DNA of 64,000 nucleotides from an uncultured Candidatus Saccharibacteria bacterium (GTDB lineage Bacteria; Patescibacteriota; UBA1384; XYA2-FULL-43-10; 1-14-0-10-43-13): NCBI GenBank assembly GCA_964543385.1, contig CAZIYE010000001.1, positions 127,143 to 191,142 of the forward strand, read 5' to 3'. Shown piece by piece: positions 58,930 to 64,000 of this stretch (position 1 is its first letter; each line of letters starts with the position of its first letter). The notes under the pieces were generated by a model. It saw only the letters and a program-made list of their open reading frames with translations, ran no database searches and was not told where the DNA came from. The position numbers and the translations under genes were made by a program.

Positions 58930-59376
58930 TTTGTCTCCTTTAACAAAAAAATGGCCCGATAATATATTAATTATATATTAAGGCCGCTTATTATATAAGT
59001 GAGGTACCAGCCAAAAACATTCTTGATTTTAGTGATTACGGACACCGACCGAGGAGTTCTAGTTTTCCAATAATAGGAATTTCTTCTCCTAGCGTAACCA
59101 AAAGTGGTTTCGTCTGTTGATATCAGACTATGACGCTTATATTATAAATTGAGCTTACAATAATTATTTAGATATTTCAATATAAAATAACTACTTACTT
59201 TTATCAGCGTTATAATTAAGATCTATAGTTTGATAACCAGAATCATATCCTAATCGATCCAAGATCCCTGCTTTCCTGCCTGCCGGCAGGCATGGCGCAG
59301 GTATGACAGCGGATAGTTATAATATTATTTTCTTTCCATGAAGATCTATATTGCCACATTTCTGAATATCGCATAC

Positions 59377-59931
59377 TTAAAATCCATTTCCAACTCTAAA
59401 TGTCATTTTATATGTACTTGTAGGACCATATGTAGTATTTACGCCGCTATCACTGGCATCATCCCAATCATCACTATTATTATCTACAACATTCTCTAGC
59501 TTTGCATATATAGATGTAAGGGTTGTACTAGCCCTAAACATATATCTATATAATCCAGTGTTTATTGGATCTTTCATTTCACGTGGCAAGGTGCCGTCAT
59601 TAACAAGACCAGTACAAAGAGATTCATAAGGAGCATAATTGTAATTGAAAAATCCCCCAGTGCCAGTGCCAGCAGAGCCATAGCCAAATATCACATAAGT
59701 CCCTGTTCTTTCATGATTTCTGACTTGGAGCGCTTTAAATATTTGTCTCAAATCACTCTTACGGACAGTGTCTCTGGCTTTAGATGTTTGATTTGTATAA
59801 CCTACAACACTCACAGCAGCTAATATGCCGATGATAACTATTACTATTATAAGTTCTACAAGTGTAAAACCCTTTGATTTCTTAAACATTATCCCCTCCG
59901 ATATGTGTACAGAAATATTATACCTCAACAA
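59377..59931 (-). CDS. type IV pilin-like protein (prepilin N-terminal methylation domain), copy 1
   Basis: KGFTLVELIIVIVIIGILAAV class III signal. It is identical to copy 2 except for the last roughly 25 residues. Confidence 0.7.
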   Translation of the reverse strand: MLRYNISVHISEGIMFKKSKGFTLVELIIVIVIIGILAAVSVVGYTNQTSKARDTVRKSDLRQIFKALQVRNHERTGTYVIFGYGSAGTGTGGFFNYNYAPYESLCTGLVNDGTLPREMKDPINTGLYRYMFRASTTLTSIYAKLENVVDNNSDDWDDASDSGVNTTYGPTSTYKMTFRVGNGF

Positions 59932-60105
59932 CCTTGTTTCTGGAAGTAAGCCCCTTGATTACCCTTATAGAACTCTTTGGTATCTTATAATAATTTGACA
60001 ACGCATCTATTACTTCTAAACTGGCTTCACCTCGAAAAGGTTTTCCCTTAACCCAAACCTTCAAACTACCATCATTATTCTTATCGACTTTAGCTATTTT
60101 TGCAT
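59918..60105 (-). pseudogene. truncated duplicate of the DUF167 (YggU-like) gene
   Basis: A 3' fragment identical to 60730..60917 of the intact DUF167 gene, lacking a start codon (ATG CAA AAA TAG). It is a by-product of the tandem duplication. Confidence 0.5.
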
Positions 60106-60188
60106 ATCTAGCCCTACTTTCTCTTGGAGAAAGTATAGATCAACTCTGCTCTATAATTGCATATCTACAAGAATCATAAATTCTACAG

Positions 60189-60743
60189 TTAGAATCCATT
60201 CCCAATTCTAAAATTCATTTTGAAGCTGCTTGCAGGACCGTAACCTGTATATGCACCACTAGAGCTAGCATCATCCCAATCATCACTATTATTATCTACA
60301 ACATTCTCTAGCTTTGCATATATAGATGTAAGGGTTGTACTAGCCCTAAACATATATCTATATAATCCAGTGTTTATTGGATCTTTCATTTCACGTGGCA
60401 AGGTGCCGTCATTAACAAGACCAGTACAAAGAGATTCATAAGGAGCATAATTGTAATTGAAAAATCCCCCAGTGCCAGTGCCAGCAGAGCCATAGCCAAA
60501 TATCACATAAGTCCCTGTTCTTTCATGATTTCTGACTTGGAGCGCTTTAAATATTTGTCTCAAATCACTCTTACGGACAGTGTCTCTGGCTTTAGATGTT
60601 TGATTTGTATAACCTACAACACTCACAGCAGCTAATATGCCGATGATAACTATTACTATTATAAGTTCTACAAGTGTAAAACCCTTTGATTTCTTAAACA
60701 TTATCCCCTCCGATATGTGTACAGAAATATTATACCTCAACAA
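60189..60743 (-). CDS. type IV pilin-like protein, copy 2
   Basis: Same as copy 1 for about 160 aa, with a diverged C-terminus. Confidence 0.7.
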   Translation of the reverse strand: MLRYNISVHISEGIMFKKSKGFTLVELIIVIVIIGILAAVSVVGYTNQTSKARDTVRKSDLRQIFKALQVRNHERTGTYVIFGYGSAGTGTGGFFNYNYAPYESLCTGLVNDGTLPREMKDPINTGLYRYMFRASTTLTSIYAKLENVVDNNSDDWDDASSSGAYTGYGPASSFKMNFRIGNGF

Positions 60744-60945
60744 CCTTGTTTCTGGAAGTAAGCCCCTTGATTACCCTTATAGAACTCTTTGGTATCTTAT
60801 AATAATTTGACAACGCATCTATTACTTCTAAACTGGCTTCACCTCGAAAAGGTTTTCCCTTAACCCAAACCTTCAAACTACCATCATTATTCTTATCGAC
60901 TTTAGCTATTTTTGCATTTGGGATTACTCGAATATCTATTTTCAT
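60730..60945 (-). CDS. DUF167 (YggU/UPF0235) family protein
   Basis: 71 aa; MKIDIRVIPNAKI...VWVKGKPFRGEA pattern. Confidence 0.5.
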   Translation of the reverse strand: MKIDIRVIPNAKIAKVDKNNDGSLKVWVKGKPFRGEASLEVIDALSNYYKIPKSSIRVIKGLTSRNKVVEV

Positions 60946-60946
60946 A

Positions 60947-61402
60947 TTAGACTGCCTGTTTTATTTTTGCCTGTTCATCCAGCGCTTCATTCACGAGCCT
61001 ATCAGCATCGGTATTTTCTTCTCTAGGAATATGGACAAACGAAATATTTAAGTGCATTTGATCAATCATCAACTTGATTTCGGCTACAAAAGCTTTGAGA
61101 CGATCTTCTTTGATTTTCCAATTACCATTAATCTGTTCCACGACCAGCTTTGAGTCTAGTCGACAAATTACCTTTTTATCGGCGATATTATTTTCCTCGA
61201 ACCATTTACTCTTGACCAATATTTCAAGCGCTTTAACTATTGCTTTGTATTCAGCCTCATTGTTCGTCCCTTCACCGACATACTGTTTATATTCATGAAT
61301 TATCCCGCCATTAGCATCGCTAAAAACAACACCTATGCCTGCAGGCCCGGGATTTCCTCGTGAACCACCATCCGTATTTATATACAATTTATCCATTTGC
61401 AA
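60947..61402 (-). CDS. rnhA: ribonuclease HI
   Basis: DGGSRGNPGPAG and the DEDD catalytic residues (TNNEAEYKA ... D). Confidence 0.8.
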   Translation of the reverse strand: MQMDKLYINTDGGSRGNPGPAGIGVVFSDANGGIIHEYKQYVGEGTNNEAEYKAIVKALEILVKSKWFEENNIADKKVICRLDSKLVVEQINGNWKIKEDRLKAFVAEIKLMIDQMHLNISFVHIPREENTDADRLVNEALDEQAKIKQAV

Positions 61403-61451
61403 ATTTATTCATTTTAAAATTAAATAACAAAATGTAAAAATTAAAAAATGT

Positions 61452-62441
61452 TTATATCCCTAACCCAACTTTTTCATAAACGTCCCTAATTGTTCTTTGA
61501 GCAAGTGGGGCAATCTTCAGACTACCATCAGCTAGTATCTTTTCCAAAGAAGATTTATCTTCTATGAGTTTGACATATTCGTCTTGAATTGGTTTTAGAT
61601 ATTCTATAATAACTTCAGCAAGAGACTGCTTGAAATCACCATATCCCTTACCAACAAAATCATTTTCTATTTCCGATATATTTTTTCCGCTCACCTCAGA
61701 ATAGATATTTAGAAGATTCACAAGAGCTAGCTTGTCTGACGCATATTTGATCTCTGCACCAGAGTCTGTGACTGCTTTTTTGATTTTATTTAAGACTGTG
61801 TCTGGATTATCATTCAAAGCAATATAATTTAGTGGCGAACTAGCCGACTTGCTCATTTTTTTGCTGGGATTATCTAGCCCCATTATTCTGGCAGTTTCCT
61901 TCTTGATAATGGCTTCCGGCAGAGTAAAAGTATCGCCAAAACGACTGTTGAATTTCTGGGCCAAATCACGAGTAAATTCGACATGCTGTTTTTGATCATC
62001 ACCAACAGGCACAAAATTAGCATTGTAAAGCAATATATCCGAAGCCATCAAAACGGGATAATCAAAGAGTCCTACCCCCGTAGTGTCTATATCTCCGCTT
62101 GCCGACTTATCTTTAAATTGTGTCATTCGGTAGAGCTCGCCCATTTTTGCCTGACAATTTAGAACCCAAGATAACTCTGCATGTTCTGGTCTCATGGATT
62201 GAACGAATATGACTGATTTCTTTGGATCTACGCCAGCAGCAATGTACCAAGCAGCAGCAGAAAGAATATTCTCTTTCAATTCCACCGGATTCTGATAGAC
62301 AGTAATAGCATGCAAATCAACAATACAATAGATTGCCTCATCAACTCTGTGTTGGAGCTCAACCCACTGCTTCATAGCACCAAGATAATTACCAATATGT
62401 AAAACTCCGCTAGGTTGTATGCCAGAAAAAATACGTTTCAT
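61452..62441 (-). CDS. trpS: tryptophanyl-tRNA synthetase
   Basis: SGIQPSGVLHIGNY as the HIGH motif, and KMSKS. Confidence 0.9.
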   Translation of the reverse strand: MKRIFSGIQPSGVLHIGNYLGAMKQWVELQHRVDEAIYCIVDLHAITVYQNPVELKENILSAAAWYIAAGVDPKKSVIFVQSMRPEHAELSWVLNCQAKMGELYRMTQFKDKSASGDIDTTGVGLFDYPVLMASDILLYNANFVPVGDDQKQHVEFTRDLAQKFNSRFGDTFTLPEAIIKKETARIMGLDNPSKKMSKSASSPLNYIALNDNPDTVLNKIKKAVTDSGAEIKYASDKLALVNLLNIYSEVSGKNISEIENDFVGKGYGDFKQSLAEVIIEYLKPIQDEYVKLIEDKSSLEKILADGSLKIAPLAQRTIRDVYEKVGLGI

Positions 62442-62524
62442 TTAAGAATATTAGTTTTAATAAATAGTCTAGTAAAGCATAACACAAAAAAATATCTCGT
62501 TAAAGGACAATTTGGCCTATTATT

Positions 62525-63358
62525 TTAGTGATTATAGTTTCTAGAAGCTACTGTGGTTGTTATTATTGAAGTGGCATGTTCTTTTGGACTCTCTGTGGGT
62601 AGCCCCATTTCAGATATTATTCTAAACCTAAAAAATATCTGTTTGTTTTTCACATCACCTTTTTGCGGTGCATAGTATTGAAGACTCAAAAGTATTGTCT
62701 TCATTTCAGGACTATAGTTGGCACCAGAATAATTCCAAGTATCTAGACTACCAGCCAATAAACCATCGGTATGAACATTGTTACTTTTGGCAACTACTTG
62801 ATCCAATCTACTTAATGTAGTTCCATCTGCTTCTCGAAATCTGCCATTATCCATAGTGCTAGGGTCATATTCATGATAATAGATTGCTTGTGCTCTGCTT
62901 CGGTAGGAAATATAGACTTTTATTTTGTTTTCACTTTTGACGACAATCGTATTTACTGGTTTTGTCGCAACAAGAGGCACCACACCAATTGCAGTGTTAT
63001 AATCCGCATTTGATCCGTTTGTTGACTCCGTCAATGCACTGCAAGAGGTCTCAGTACAACCGAAGAGAGCCAAACCGCTATCGTACTCTACTGTTTTCGG
63101 TGTCCCTGTCGCAGTATCATTATATTGTATGGAAAATTCTCCATTTGCTTCTCGGACATCTCTGGTAACCATATCTGCCAATTTCCGTGATTCTTCGGAT
63201 GTTTGTCTGATTGCCCGAATTTTTGATTGGTAGCCAACGCTCTGGCCCACTACCCCCGTAGTTATGACCATAACAACAGCAAAAATCATAGTTCCTATGA
63301 GGATTTCTACGAGAGTAAAACCAGATACTTTTTTAATTTTTATTGTATTATTCATCAT
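62525..63358 (-). CDS. pilin/pseudopilin-like protein (prepilin-type N-terminal domain)
   Basis: KKVSGFTLVEILIGTMIFAVV. Confidence 0.6.
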   Translation of the reverse strand: MMNNTIKIKKVSGFTLVEILIGTMIFAVVMVITTGVVGQSVGYQSKIRAIRQTSEESRKLADMVTRDVREANGEFSIQYNDTATGTPKTVEYDSGLALFGCTETSCSALTESTNGSNADYNTAIGVVPLVATKPVNTIVVKSENKIKVYISYRSRAQAIYYHEYDPSTMDNGRFREADGTTLSRLDQVVAKSNNVHTDGLLAGSLDTWNYSGANYSPEMKTILLSLQYYAPQKGDVKNKQIFFRFRIISEMGLPTESPKEHATSIITTTVASRNYNH

Positions 63359-63381
63359 TATTTATTTCTTACTTCTTGCCC

Positions 63382-63957
63382 CTAATAATTCATCCGCCAA
63401 TTTGTTATTATCTCGGAAACAGATATATTTTTATTTATGCCGTTAGATAGCCAATCAACATTCACAGTTACTCTTACCACACTTTGATTCTTAGCAGTGC
63501 TATTGAAGTCTCCTTTTAAAGGAACCATGCTATCCGTACTTAGCACCCGCGTAAAGATAATAGTGCGCTTGAACTCTGTTCCATCTATATTTATGATACT
63601 GTTGCTCTCATCTACTGCCCGACTAGCAACATCAAAATTAGACAACGCACCGTCATAAGAAACCACCCATCTCTTTGTATTGTCAGCTGTATACTCGACT
63701 CCATAGTCAATGAATTCTTGAAATGTAGTGCCGGCATCATCATCAAGCCAGTTGCTATCCCGTATTTGACGTACCTGCTCAATACCCTCCTGTGCTATAT
63801 ACATCGCCTGGGCACGTTCATGTAAATAAATTGCTCCTCTTAAAGCGCTTCTGCCTGCGGCGGTCATGGCAAAGATAACCACCATCATTATTACTGATGC
63901 GATCATAACTTCCACAATGCCAAAACCATTTTTTATCTTATTATTCAAAATCATCAA
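63382..63957 (-). CDS. pilin/pseudopilin-like protein (prepilin-type N-terminal domain)
   Basis: KNGFGIVEVMIASVIMMVVIFAM. Confidence 0.6.
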   Translation of the reverse strand: MMILNNKIKNGFGIVEVMIASVIMMVVIFAMTAAGRSALRGAIYLHERAQAMYIAQEGIEQVRQIRDSNWLDDDAGTTFQEFIDYGVEYTADNTKRWVVSYDGALSNFDVASRAVDESNSIINIDGTEFKRTIIFTRVLSTDSMVPLKGDFNSTAKNQSVVRVTVNVDWLSNGINKNISVSEIITNWRMNY

Positions 63958-64000
63958 TCTTTAAGCATATAACTGACAGAAAAAGGCTGGCTAATTGTAT

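Larger units (their letters stand above)
59377..60990. repeat. tandem direct duplication (unit about 812 bp) comprising the DUF167 3' part, the intergenic region and a pilin gene
   Basis: About 730 bp at 100% identity, read directly from the sequence. The copies differ only over the last roughly 80 bp of the pilin 3' ends and beyond the duplication junction. Confidence 0.85.

Noticed and set aside
1-64000. Searched for CRISPR arrays, rRNA genes, transposases/integrases, and further canonical tRNAs.
   Set aside because: There are no spaced direct repeats, no rRNA-like conserved stretches, no DDE or tyrosine-recombinase-like ORFs, and no further TTCGA T-loop matches. The only tRNA-like element is at 36463..36547. 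None is reported.

Overview
This 64-kb window comes from a low-GC (about 35%), gene-dense, reduced genome. Standard code: TGA is a stop, and long ORFs such as the 982-aa IleS and an intact RF2 are uninterrupted. Several features point to Patescibacteria/CPR: compact housekeeping genes, a short Mfd, many type IV pilin-like genes, an LPXTG surface protein, and an abundance of hypothetical proteins. This placement is an inference.

Recognisable core genes:
- Repair and recombination: a 5'-truncated UvrD-type helicase fused to a Cas4/AddB-like Fe-S PD-(D/E)XK nuclease, RmuC, RecR, TopA, DprA, a compact Mfd, and RNase HI.
- Translation: rplK is separated by about 17 kb from rplA-rplJ-rplL; also rplU, secE, nusG, pth, ybaB, prfB, tgt, IleS, TrpS, CysS, an RluA-family pseudouridine synthase, and tRNA-dihydrouridine synthase.
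- Envelope and secretion: SecD, SecF, FtsW/RodA, a sortase-anchored DUF11 surface protein, and four pilin/pseudopilin genes that include a perfect tandem duplication.

The most unusual part is a co-directional minus-strand block from about 17.3 to 32.5 kb made almost entirely of hypothetical proteins. Two paralogous membrane-anchored ATPases of the VirB4/VirD4 (HerA/FtsK) superfamily flank a protein that combines a sigma-70 region-4 HTH with a HARE-HTH-like domain. Upstream in the same operon-like array lie two acidic proteins and a 958-aa glycine-zipper protein. No relaxase, VirB6, VirB8 or VirB11 homolog was recognised, so this looks like a possibly undescribed translocation module.

Other points of note: several sharply bounded high-GC islands (55-62% GC) encoding secreted proteins; a tRNA-like gene with an 18-nt anticodon loop; an intergenic region rich in hairpins with C-rich (anti-SD-like) loops; and a pilin duplication with a diverged C-terminal cassette. 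No CRISPR array, rRNA, transposase or integrase was detected.
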